Of a stretch of DNA of 37,035 nt, positions 1-12,300 are shown in pieces. The position numbers and the translations under genes are program-made. This DNA comes from Verrucomicrobiota bacterium (GTDB lineage: Bacteria > Verrucomicrobiota > Verrucomicrobiia > Limisphaerales > CANJSG01). The stretch spans positions 1 to 37,035 of the forward strand of contig JBBQXJ010000043.1 in assembly GCA_038209745.1 (NCBI GenBank), read 5' to 3'. Position 1 is the stretch's first letter; every line of letters starts with the position of its first letter. The notes under the pieces are model-generated. The model had not been told where the DNA came from. It was given only the letters and a program-made list of their open reading frames with translations, and did not search any database.

Positions 1-3000
1 ACGCGGGTCACGGTGGACGGTTCGCGGTTCAGCGGGTTCTCGGAAACCACCCTGGCTCTGCCGACTCTTCGGAACCTGACGGCAACGAACAACGGGTCGG
101 GCAACGGCTACGTGTTCGTCGGCGGAACCTTGGCGGCGGACCGGACGCTCGACTTCGGCGGACTGGTCGGCCGGGTAACGGGTAGCGTCACCGTTCCGGC
201 CGGGCAGACGCTGACCCTGATTCCCGGGTTGGTCCTGAAGTTCGACCAGGCGAAGTATCTCCAAGTCTTCGGAACTCTTTCCGCGGTGGGCACTGCTTCT
301 GAAAAAATCATCCTGACCTCCCGCCACGATGATACCGCCGGCGGCGACACAAACGCCAACGGGTCCGCCACGGTCCCCCAAAGCGGCGATTGGTGGTCGG
401 TCTACTTCGAGCCGGGATCCGGCGGCTCGCAGCTCCGCTTCGCCGAGATCCGCTACGCCGGCAACCAGTCCAATCCCGGGAACCCGTCGTATTATCGCTC
501 GGCGGTCAATCTGACGGGAGTCACGCCTTCCATCAGCGATCTCGTCATCAGGGACGTCGACTTCATTGGCATCCAGTTCATCGACTCCAGCATCACGCTG
601 GCCCGGATCACCATCAACAACGCGCGCTCGGACGCTTTCGTCGCCGACTTGGCTTCCAATCCCAAGCTCATCACGCCCTTGGTGGACAACAACGGCGGGA
701 ACCGCCTCGTCAAAGCCGGCGGCACGTTGCCTTCGGACCAGGTCTGGGATGCCGGCGATCTGGTCATCGAACTGACCGGATCCATCGACATCCCGATCAA
801 CACGACCTTGACCATCGTGGCCGGACAGGTCGTCAAGCTCCGCCAGGGTCTCTACATCCAGGCGAACCAGGGGCGGCTGATCGCCGACAGCACACCGTCG
901 CTTCCCATCGTCTTCACCGGGGTGGCCGACGACACCGCCGGCGGGGACTCCAATGCCGACGGCAACGCCAGTTCCCCCATTGCCGGCAACTGGCATGGCG
1001 TCTACCTGACCAACGCCACGGCCGACTCCATCCTTCGCAACGTGGAAATCCGCTATGCCGGCAACCAGGCGAATCCCGGGAACCCCTCCTATTTCCGCTA
1101 CGCCCTCAACATCACCGGCACCGATGCACGGGTGGAGAATGTCCGCATCGCCGACGTGGACTACCGGGGCGTGCGCCTGCAGGACGCGTCGTCCCCCACG
1201 GTCATCAATGTCAGCGTGGCCCGCGCCCGCGACTACGCCTTCGCCTCCGACTTCGCCATCACGCCGACGATGGTCAACATCACGTCGTCATCCTGTGGAC
1301 GCGACGCGTTCCTCTTCGACGGCGGCACGCTGACGTCCAGTCGCCGCTGGTCGTTCGCCAATCTCCCCTACCTCTTCAACAGCTCGGTGACCGTGCCCGC
1401 CGGCCTGTCCCTGACGCTCGACCCCGGCCTCGTGCTCAAGTGGACCAACGCCCAATACCTCCAAGTCTTCGGAACGCTTTCCGCCGTCGGCACCGCCGCC
1501 CAGCCGATCATCCTCACGTCCCGCCGCGACGACACCGCCTTGGGTGACACGTTCCGCGATGGCTCCGATGGAGGCGCCGCTCCTCAGCGTGGGGACTGGC
1601 AGGCGCTCTACATCACCAGCACCTCCATCAACACGGTCCTCGACAACGTCGACATCCGTTATGCCGGGAATCAATCCAATCCAGGAAACCCCTCTTATTA
1701 TCAAGATGCGCTCTACTTGGCCGCCACGGCGACGGTGACCCGGACGCGCATCTACGAGGCCGACTATCGTGGCGTGGAGATCATTGGCGCGGGCAATGCC
1801 ACCTTGCTCGATAGAGTTACGGTCGACGGTGCAAGATCCGAGGCGTTCCGCATGACCTTGGATTCCGTTCCCACATTGCGAGGCCTGGTCTCGTCCCGGA
1901 CGGGAGGGGATCGGATCAGCGTCTCAGGTGAGTACATGACTGTCGACCGGACCTTCGACGGCTCGGGACTGCCGTTCCACCTCGACGGGAACCTGATCGT
2001 CCCGGCTGGACGCACCTTGACCTTGGTTCCAGGGACCGTCCTCAAATTCGGAACCGCCAAATACTTCCAAGTCTACGGCACCTTGAACGCAGACGCTTCG
2101 GCCGGCGCCGCCGACGTCTTCACGTCGATCTTGGACGATTCGGCCGGCGGCGATTCCAATGCCGACGGCACGGCCACGGCGCCGCTGCCCGGACAATGGC
2201 ACGGCCTGGATTTCGAGAACGCGACCAGCAGCGCTTCGATTCTCAACAACTTCCAGGTCCGCTATGCCGGCAACGTCGCCAATCCGGGCAACCCCTCCTA
2301 TTTCCGCGCCTCGATCTATTTCCAGAACGGCAGCAACGCGACCATCCGGAACGGAACCATCGGCCAGGGGGACTGGCGCGGCATCCGCATCAGCAGCTCC
2401 AGCCCGACGATCGATTCCATCACGATCACCGACCATCGCGACAGTCCGATATGGATGGACCTCGCCTCCGACCCCGCCATCACCGGCCTCCAGGTGGCCC
2501 GGAATGGGAACAATGGGAACAACTCGATTTTGGTCGATGCCGGAATATTGACGAGTCCCGCCGCTGCCCGCCGCTGGAACATCACGGTTCTGCCCTACCA
2601 GCTGACCGACAATATTACCATCGCGGCCGGCACCACTCTGATCGTGGATCCTGGTGTGGTGGTGAAGCTGCCCCAGGCCAAATATGTTCTGGTTGACGGG
2701 ACCCTTCTTTCCAACGGAACCGCCGCCAATCCGGTGATCTTCACGTCGCTGACCGACGACACCGCCCTCGGGAGCATCGACGGGACGGACAGCACGGGAG
2801 TCGCCGGTCAATGGCATGGGCTTATCATCCAGGGTCCGGGAACGAAGCTGGACTCCACGGAAGTCCGCTACGCCGGCAACGTCGCCAATCCGGGCAACCC
2901 CTCCTATTTCCGCGGTGCGGTCTATATCCGGAACACCGTCATTGCCGATAATCTGACCGTCCGCGACAGCGACAGCACCGGCATCATCCTCGACAGCGGG

Positions 3001-3380
3001 GCCTCCAATCTGACGCTGACGAACAGCCGAATCTTCCGGAGCGGGGTGAACGACACCGGGGCGTGGGCCGTGGTCGATGAAAACGGGCCGTTGACCGCCA
3101 CGGCCTTGAACGTGGCCGGGGGACGGAACGGGATCTGGGTCAAGAACAACCCCACCGCGACGGTGATGGTGACGGGTTCGTCCTTCACCGGCCTTACCGG
3201 AACAGCGGCCCGAAACGACCGAAACGACTTCACTTCCCTCGTGGCGACCGGCGACTGGTGGGGCGACGCCGGTGGTCCGAACGACCCTTCCAATGCCGAC
3301 GGCCGGGTGAACAACAATCCTTCGGGTCTCAAGGTCGGCGATTTCGTCGACTACTCGGGCTTCCTCACGGCGCGGCCCCC
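1..3380 (+). repeat. Tandem ~200-aa right-handed beta-helix-type repeats (5 copies of the core motif, first repeat partial)
   Basis: Motif RYAGN[QV][SA]NPGNPSY[YF] starts at 451, 1051, 1657, 2260 and 2866 (spacing 600, 606, 603, 606 nt). Each is preceded by a [FL]T[SG]xxDD[TS]A...G[DNQ]W motif. The array ends with ATGDWWGDAGGP near 3245-3280. Confidence 0.8.
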
Positions 3381-6300
3381 GCTGCCCGGCGGATTGAGGG
3401 TGATCGCCTTGGCTCCCGGCACCACCAACATCCCGCCGTCCGCCCTGACGGTCACGTTCTCCGGCCCGGTCTTGGAGAGCTCTCTCACGCCGGCCCGGAT
3501 CGTGATCACCGGCCCGCTCGGCGTGGTGGTGCCGGTCACGGGAGTGACCGCCGAGACGTCTTCCCGCTTCAGCCTCGCGTTGCCGCCCGGATTGGCCGCG
3601 GGCACCTATGTCGTCCGGATCGACGCGCTCGTGCTCGACTCCCAGGGCTTCCCGTTGGACTCCCCGTTCACCGGAGGATTCGTCCTCGATTCCACCGCTC
3701 CCACGGTGGTTTCCCAGACACCGACGGGCACCGCGACGTCGGCCTTCTCCCAGATCGTGGTGAAGTTCTCCAAAGCGATGGACCCTGCGACGCTGACTCC
3801 CTTGGCCGCGCTTCTGGCCGGACCGGCGGGCGACATCCGCATCCTGTCCGTCACACGGATCAACGACACCGACTACGCCTTTGGCTTCAACCAGCAGGCG
3901 ATCAACGGCACCTACGCGCTGACCATCCAGAACTCGGTGAAAGATCGGTCCGGCAACGCGCTGGCCGCCGTCTACGTGGGCAGCTTCGTCCTCGACCGGG
4001 CGGCGCTGCGGATCACCGGCCAGATGCCCGGCGGCTCGATCAACACGCCGCTGAGCTCCGTCGACATCACCTTCAACGCCGCCATCCTGGCCGGAAGCTT
4101 CACGCCTCTTTCGGTCCAGATCGTCGGGCCGCTCGGGACTGTCACGGCGACCGGCGTGTCCCGGGTGTCCGACACGGTTTACCGCATCACCGTCCCCACG
4201 CAGTTCGCCAACGGCACCTACACCTTCACCATCGGGCCGAGCATCACCGATCCGGCCGGCGTGGCGATGGACCAGAATGCCGATGGCGTTCCAGGAACCT
4301 TCTCCGACCGCTACACCGGGACCGTCACGGTCAACAACGTGGGCCCGACCATCGTTGCCCAGTCTCCAACCGGAGCGCCTGCAGCCCCGGCCGGCAGCGA
4401 TTTCGTCCAGATCACCTTCGCAGCTCCTATCAGGCCCGAAACCTTGACGGCCGATGATGTGCAACTCACCGGACCCGGCGGAACACCGGTCGTCGTGACC
4501 GGTATCGAGGCGGTTACCGGGAGCGTCTACCGGGTGAGGTTCGCGCCGCTGGCGGTGACGGGCGGCTACACCCTGAAAGTGGGGCCGACGGTCTTCGACC
4601 TCCTGGGCAATGGCATGGCGGCGGTCTATACGGGCACGTTCACCATCGATGCCGAACCGTTCTTCATCGTCTCCTCGTCGCCCACGACCGGAGTCACGAC
4701 ACCGTTCAGTTCCATCACCGTCACGTTCAACAAGGACGTCAACGCCTCCAGCTTCACGGCGGCGGACGCGGTCCTCACCGGGCCGAACGGAGTCGTCACC
4801 ATCAGCTCGATCAGCCAGCTCAATGCCAGGATGTTCAATCTGAACTTCGCCTCCCAGACCACCGTCGGCGCCTATTCGCTCGCGGTCGGACCGGCCATCC
4901 TCGATCTGACGGGAAACAACCTCGACCAAAACCAGAACGGCGCCTTCGGCGAGGTCGCCGATGTGTTCACGGCGACGCTTGCACTCACGCTGCCGAACCT
5001 GGCGACGCAGGAATTCACGGCCCCGGCCGTCGTCTCGGCGGGGCAGACGGTCACCTTCACCTGGACCGATGCGAACACCGGCAGCGCTGCGGTCCCATTC
5101 GGCCGCACTGATCAGCTGTTCCTTTCAAAGTCCGGTGTTTTCGGCGCGAGCGACAACATTGTGATCGGACAGGTTGTTCCCCCCGGAACGCTTGCACCGG
5201 GCGCCTCGGACGCCTTGTCGTTCCAGTGGACTCCGTCGTTCTTCCTCTCCGGCACCTACACCGTCTTCCTCAGGACGGATTGGGCCAACGTCATCTTCGA
5301 GACCAACGAGGCCGACAACGCCGCTTCCCGCGTCGTCACCATCTCATCGGCCCGGCCTCCGGTGAATCTGGTGGCTCTCGGGGTCACGGCTCCGGGCGAT
5401 GCCCAGTCTGGCCAGACGATTTCGCTCTCCTACTCGCTCACCAACTCCGGCTCCGGCGTCGTCTCCGGCAAGACCTGGAACGACCGGATCTACGTCGGCA
5501 CCGGAGCCGGACTCGACGGTTCGGCCCGTTTGCTGGCTTCGATTCCCACCTCCATCACGCTCGGCTCCGATGCGACCGCCACCGTCAATGTGACCGTCAT
5601 CCTGCCGGTGGACCTGACTGCGGGGAACTACCGCTTCTTCGTCCAGTTGAACACCGACTCCGCGGTCGACGAATCCGGGTTCACTTCCGACAACACCGGA
5701 TCCAGCGGGTTGGTGGCGCTCTCGCTTGCTCCGGTCGCGGATCTCGTGGCGACGGGCGTCGCCGGCCCGGCCGGGGCCAACGCCGGAACCACGACGACCG
5801 TTTCCTGGACGGTGACAAACAACGGGGCCGCACCGGCGGTCGGGACCGTGCTGGATCGGATCTATCTCTCGACGGACGGAAGCCTCAACAATGCGACGCT
5901 GGTGGGTGAATTCCCCGATGCGCTCAATCTGGGCGTCGGTGGTTCCATGTCCAGGTCGCTGGATGTCACCGTTCCCGCGCGCGCTCCGGGCTCCTACCGT
6001 TTCGTCGTCGTGACCAATTCCGACAACGCGATCTTCGAGCGGGGAGCCACCGGCAACAATTTGGATGCATCGGCGTCGGTCTTTGTCCTGACGGCTCCGG
6101 ATCTGGTCGCGGTGGGCGTGTCGCCCTTGGGAGCGGCGCAGTCCGGGACGGCGGCCACCGTCGGCTTCACCGTCCGGAACGACGGCGATGGCCCTGCCTC
6201 CGGCTCCGTGTCCGACCGGATATTCATTTCCAAGACCGCCGGTCTGGACGGTTCCTCTGTCTTGCTGGGAACGGATGTCCACAGCGTTTCCCTCAGCGCG

Positions 6301-9300
6301 GGCACGTCCGAGGCCCGCTCGGTCAACGTGGTCCTGCCGAACGGGCTCTCCGGAAGCTGGTTCATCGTGGTGGTGACGAACGCCACCGGTTCCGTGGCGG
6401 AAGGCAATTCTGCAAACAACACCGGGGTCTCCACCGGTTTCCCGGTCGCTCTCGCGCCCTACGCCGATCTGACCGTGACCACGGTGGGTGCACCGACCCA
6501 GGTGGTCGGTAATCCGGCGGACATCAACGTGTCGTGGACCGTCTCCAACTCAGGAACCGGGACCGGCTCGCAATCGACGTGGACCGACCGGGTCATCATT
6601 TCCAAGAACGCCACCCTTGGCTCCGGAGCTGGTGACACGGTGGTGGGCGAGTTCCTCCACGACGGGGCTGTTCCGGTCGGTCTGAGCTACTCCGAATCCA
6701 AGACGATACAGCTTCCGGCCAATCTGGAGGGTCGATACTACGTCTTCGTGGTCACCGACGCCTTGGCCCAAGTCTACCAGTTCACCAACACCGCGTCCGA
6801 CACGGGCCGGTCCTCAGCGCCTGTAGAAATCTCCAAACGACCCTACGCGGATCTGGTGGTGCATGATGTCACGGCTCCGGCGACGGGTCTCAGCGGCCAG
6901 CTTGTCTCGATTTCCTGGACCGTGGCCAACAACGGCATCGCGCAGACCGACGCCGAGAACTGGAGCGACCAGGTCTTGGTCTCCAAGAACGGCGACGGCA
7001 CAGGACTCCGCTATCTCGGCGCTTTTTCCAGGACGGGCATTCTGCGGGTGGGCGACAGCTACCAGCGCACCGTCGAGGTGCGGCTCCCGCAAGACCTGAG
7101 CGGTGCGTATTACGTCTATGTGATCACGGCCGGCGGTGGAACGCCCTACGAAGCCTTCCGCACGGACAACAACTCCGGCCGGTCGGGCCCGCTGAACATC
7201 ACGCTGGTGCCGCCGCCGCGGGGTGATCTCGAGGTGACACGGATCGACAGCGTGACCCAGGCGTTCGACGGGCAGTCCATCGACGTGAGTTGGAGCGTCC
7301 GCAACAACGGTCCCGAGAGTCTGACGGCCGGATTTTCCGACGCGCTCTATCTGGTGCCATCGGGCGCGGTGGGGCTGCAAGGAGCCAAGGAACTTGTCCG
7401 ACTCAGCAGGCCCGATGGGTTGGGTTCCGGTCTGAGCTATTCGCGCACGGTAAATGTCCCGTTGTTCAGCAAGATTTCCGGCGTCTACACGCTGGTGGTG
7501 GTCACGGATGTCGACGGGACGGCCGATTTTGTCGATTCCACCAACAACCGCCTTTCGTCGGCGGCCCTGACGATCGTCCTCCGTGATCGTCCCTACCTAC
7601 AAGTCACCCAGGCCTCGGGGCCGACCGCCACTGTCACCGAAAGAACGGTCGTGGACGTGACGTGGACTGTGACCAATCTCGGAACGGCGGCCACGCAGGT
7701 GGGTGGTTCCAGATGGTCCGACGGAGTTTATCTCTCCTTGGACGGACAGTTGGACAATGGCGACACGCTGCTTGGGTCCAAGGTCAACGGCTCGGCCTTG
7801 GCGGTTGGTCAGGCTTATTCTTCAACCGGCTCCTTCGTTCTGCCGAAGGGCGTGGCCGGGAACGCCTTCATCATCATCAAGGCCGACACCGCCGGACAGG
7901 TGGATCAGCAGCCCCGGCCGGGCGTTGGCTACTTCGTCATCCCGATCGCGATCAACGCGGTTCCCGTTCCCCCGTCGGATCTCGTCACCCGTGGTGTCTC
8001 CGCGCCGCCGCAGGCGTTCGACAACACCACGATCACCGTCCGCTACAATGTGGCCAATCTCGGCATCGGTGTGACTTCGTCGGGAAGCTGGACCGACCAG
8101 ATCTGGCTGACCCTCGCCAAGGACCGCCCGAACCCGAACCGGGGCGACATCTTCCTCGGCGCGTTCGGCCACAGCGGCGCTCTCGCCGTGGGCCAATCCT
8201 ATGATGCGGCCGTGGACGTCCATCTGCCCCAGGGAATGCGCGGCTCGTTCTTCATCACCGTCTGGACCAACAGCGGTCTTCAGGTGTTCGAGACGGCCTT
8301 GGACGTGAACCTCAATCCCGATGCGGTCGGCGATCTCCAGGGCAACAACTTCAAGGCGACCCCCATCCAGGTGCTCCAGCAGCCCTCGGCCGATCTCGTC
8401 GTCACCCAGGTGACGGCCCCCGTGAAGATGGTGGCCGGCCAGCAGGTCACGGTTTCCTGGACCGTGGAGAACCAGGGGGCGATTCCGACGAACATCGACC
8501 GCTGGATGGACAGCGTCTATCTGGCCAACGGACCGACCCTGGGCTCACCGGGCAGCAATCCTGTGCGGATCTTCGCGGCGCCGAACTTCGGGGTGCTCAA
8601 TCCCGGACAGAGCTATACCCAGAACGCCACGTTCACCCTGCCTCCTTCCGCGACGGGTTCCTATGTGATCGTGCAGACGAACGAGGAACCTTTCGCGATC
8701 GTTCCGGACGACAACCAGTTGCTGTCGGAGGTGGACGCCATCATCCGTCGGGCCGAGGCGGCCTTCGGGAAACCGCTGTCCCAGATCAATCTTTCCGATG
8801 TCGGCCAACTGACCCGCGGCCAGGTTCTCCAGATCCTCACTGGACCCGGCCAGTCCGCGCCGGGGCGGGTCTATGAAGGGCCCTACACCGACAACAACGA
8901 ACGCTCCGCCGCGACGACGGTGATCAACCGCGCGCCCGACCTTCGCGTGACCGCCATCAGCGCCACTCCGACCACGTTCTCCGGGGAGCAGATCACCGTG
9001 AACTGGACGGTCACGAATGTGGGGACCGAACCGGTCTACTCCGGCACCAAGGGCTGGGACGACTGGGCTCTGCTGTCGGATCGGGACACCTTCTCGACCG
9101 ACACCGTTTCTCCGCTGGGCAGCGCCACCCATCTGTCCCCGGCACCGTTGATGCCCGGTGAGAGCTACACCGCTTCCATCACCGTGCGGGTGCCGGAAGG
9201 GATCGAGGGTGTCCGCTACGTCTTCGTCGCGACCGATCCGGCGGTCGGCTTCCAGAATGGTTTCCACATCAGCCTGGAGCCGCTCGGTCCCGCGTCGTTC

Positions 9301-12300
9301 CCCGGTTGGCCCTCGGCGTTCGTGCACCGGGTCTGGGAAGGCGAGGACAAGCGGAACAATTTCTCCGCCAACGCTCCGGTGAACATCGTCTATCGCGAGG
9401 CCGACCTGAAGATCGTCTCGGCCGGCGGACCCACCGCAGCCGACTCCGGTTCGACGTTGACGGTGGATTACAGCGCAACCAATGCCGGCACCCGCGCCAC
9501 CCGGACGGATAGCTGGTCGGACCGGGTCTTCCTCTCCCGCGATCCTACCCTGGATTCCACCGACAAGCTGGTTGGCAGCACCACGCATCATGGCGCGTTG
9601 ACCGTTGGGGAAAGCTACTCTGGCACCGTCGATCTGAGGCTGCCCGACAACATCGGCGGGACGTTCTACCTGATCGTTGTCGCCAACTCGGGCACCTACG
9701 ACAATTCCTACGATCCCAGCATCTTCCCGGGCGCGCTCGTCTTCGGTTCGCCGGGCCTGAACGAATATCGCAATCTCGAACCCAATTCGACGACGCTGCC
9801 TCTCACCGTCAACGCGGTTCCTCTGCCCGACCTCCGCGTGGGGTCCGTTGTGGCGCCCGAGCGGGCGTTGCAGGGCCAGGGCTTCACGGTGACGTGGACC
9901 GTTACGAACTCCGGTCCGGGCGGCGTGCCCGACCGGCAGGTTCCCTGGACGGACCGAGTCTATCTTTCCCGCGACCAGACGCTGGACCTGTCGAACGATC
10001 TCTTCATCGGCTCGGTGGACCGCACCATGCCGCTGGCGTCCGGTGCCAGTTATTCGGTGACGAGGGACTACTCGCTCCCGAGGGGCATCACCGGTGGCTA
10101 CTATGTGTTCGTCGTCACCGATCTGGCGGACGGATACCGGCCGCGCGGTCGGGTGGTTGAAAGCAACGAGAACAACAACGCCCTCGTTTCGTCCGTCCCG
10201 ATGCTGATCGACCTCCCGCCGCCCACGGATCTGGTGATCGACAGCGTCGTCGGCCCCACGAACCTTTCCGTCGGGGGAACCGGCACCCTGACGTTGACGG
10301 TCAGCAATCGCGGAAGCGTCGCCGCCATCGGAAGCTGGTTCGACTCGGTCTATGTTTCCGCCGACACACGCTGGGACGTGGGCGACGCCCTCCTCGGCAC
10401 CGCGAATCCTCCGCAGGGCGGCCGCACCCTCCAGCCGGGCCAGAGCTACACCGTCCAGATTCCTTTCACCATGCCGGCCACGCTTCCCGGCAACTACCGC
10501 TTCATCGGCCGGACCGATGTCTTCAAGGACATCAACGAAGGGCCCCGGACCGACAACAACACGACCGTCGCGGTGGACGCGGTCACTGTGTCGGTGCCGA
10601 CGCTGACCTTGGGCGTGCCGCTCACCACCGATCTGCCGAGCAAGGGTGAACTTCTCTTCCAGCTGGTCGTCCCCGCTGACCAGACCGTTTTGGTCGCGCT
10701 TCAGTCTCTCGGCGGAGGAGGAGCCAACGAGCTCTACGTCCGACGCGGCAATTTGCCGAGTTCGCAGGTGTTCGACGCCGCGTTCCCCGGCGGCCTCCAA
10801 TCCGACCAGACGGCGATCATCCCGACGACCGTCGCGGGCACCTACTATGTGCTCGTGCGGAGCCAGGGCGGGGCCGCCGTCAGCCAGATCAAGCTCACGG
10901 CGCAGGCGCTTCCCTTCGGCATCAGCGGCGTCACTCCGGACGAGGTCGGCGCGGGTCGCTTTGCCACGGTTACCGTGACCGGGGCCCAGTTTTCCCCGCA
11001 GGCCACGGTGAAGCTGATCCGTCCGCAGTTCGGGGAATACGTCCCGGTGAACTACACCGTGGTGGACGCCACGCGCATCGTCGCCGTGTTCGACCTGCGC
11101 AATGCCCCGCTCGGCCTCTACGACCTCCAGGTGGCCAACCCGAACGGTGCCGTGGCGATCCTGCCCTACCGGTTCATGGTCAGCACCGCGTTGCCGCTCG
11201 ACGCCACGGTCGGCCTCGGCGGACCCGACGAGATCCTTCTGTCGAAGGCCGGGTTCCCCAACGCCACGTATTCGTTCTCGTTGCTCAGTCTGACGAACAT
11301 CGACGCGCCCTACGTCTTCCTCCAGTTCGGCGTGCCCCGCCTCGCCAATTCGTCCAACGTCATTCCCGGCGAACGTCTGCTCTTCCAGAGCAACCTTGGC
11401 GGCACGCCCGGCGTCGATGGCGTGCCTTGGGCGAACCTTTCGTCGGCCCTCAATCTGAACGGCGTCCTGACCGCTTCCGGCTTCGCCTATGATTTCAACG
11501 CGAAGGGTTTCGGGGCGCTTACGTTCGGCGTGGAGATCTATCCCGAGCTGAAGCGGCTGTTGAAGGAGAACCCGAAGTTCCTCGAACAGCTCTCCGATTC
11601 CGACCTGGCCTCGCTCAAGTTCAACTTCTACATCTTCGCCTCGGCCACGCCGATGACCTCGGCCGAATACGTCGCCTTCCAGCGGCAGCGCGCCAACGAT
11701 CTCAGGACCAAAATCCTGCTGGAGCCGACCGCCCCCCAGGCGCTCCGAGCGGTCGCCTCCGACCAGGCGACGTTCGCCGATTTCTACCTGGCTTCGCTGG
11801 AAAAGGCCGGGGTTCTCCGGGCCGTGGACACGCCGCCGTCGGCCCGGACGGCGGCCGTCTTCGACAGCGATGTCGCCGTGATGGTGGCCGGGCTGCTCGG
11901 AAACACCTCCGGCGCGGGCGTCGTCTCGTCGAGCGTCGACGGATTGGCCGGCTTCTTCGACCTGATCCGGAAATGGGCCGGCAACCAACCGGACGCCTAC
12001 GGCGGCAGCGCGCTCCCGGATCGCTCGTCCTATGATCTCGGGCTCTCCTCGGCGACGCACTTCGAGGCGTTCCGCATCAGGGTCAAGGTTCCGGACGACT
12101 TCTTCGCGGATTCGTCCTTCAACGGGGACGACGCCGGCCAGACGGTGGACAACAGCCTGAACCTCGGTGGCTTGTTCAGCGGGTCGGCGGCTTCGTCGCC
12201 CGGAGTGACCATCCGGGGTCCATCGGGCTTCGGCTCGGGCAACGTTCTCCCCGGCGGCTATGCCCTCCCGTATGTCATCCAATACACCGCGTCGCCGCTC

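Noticed and set aside
13..15. GTG at 13 as the true start codon
   Set aside because: The frame is open upstream, the sequence is mid-repeat, and no signal peptide is present.
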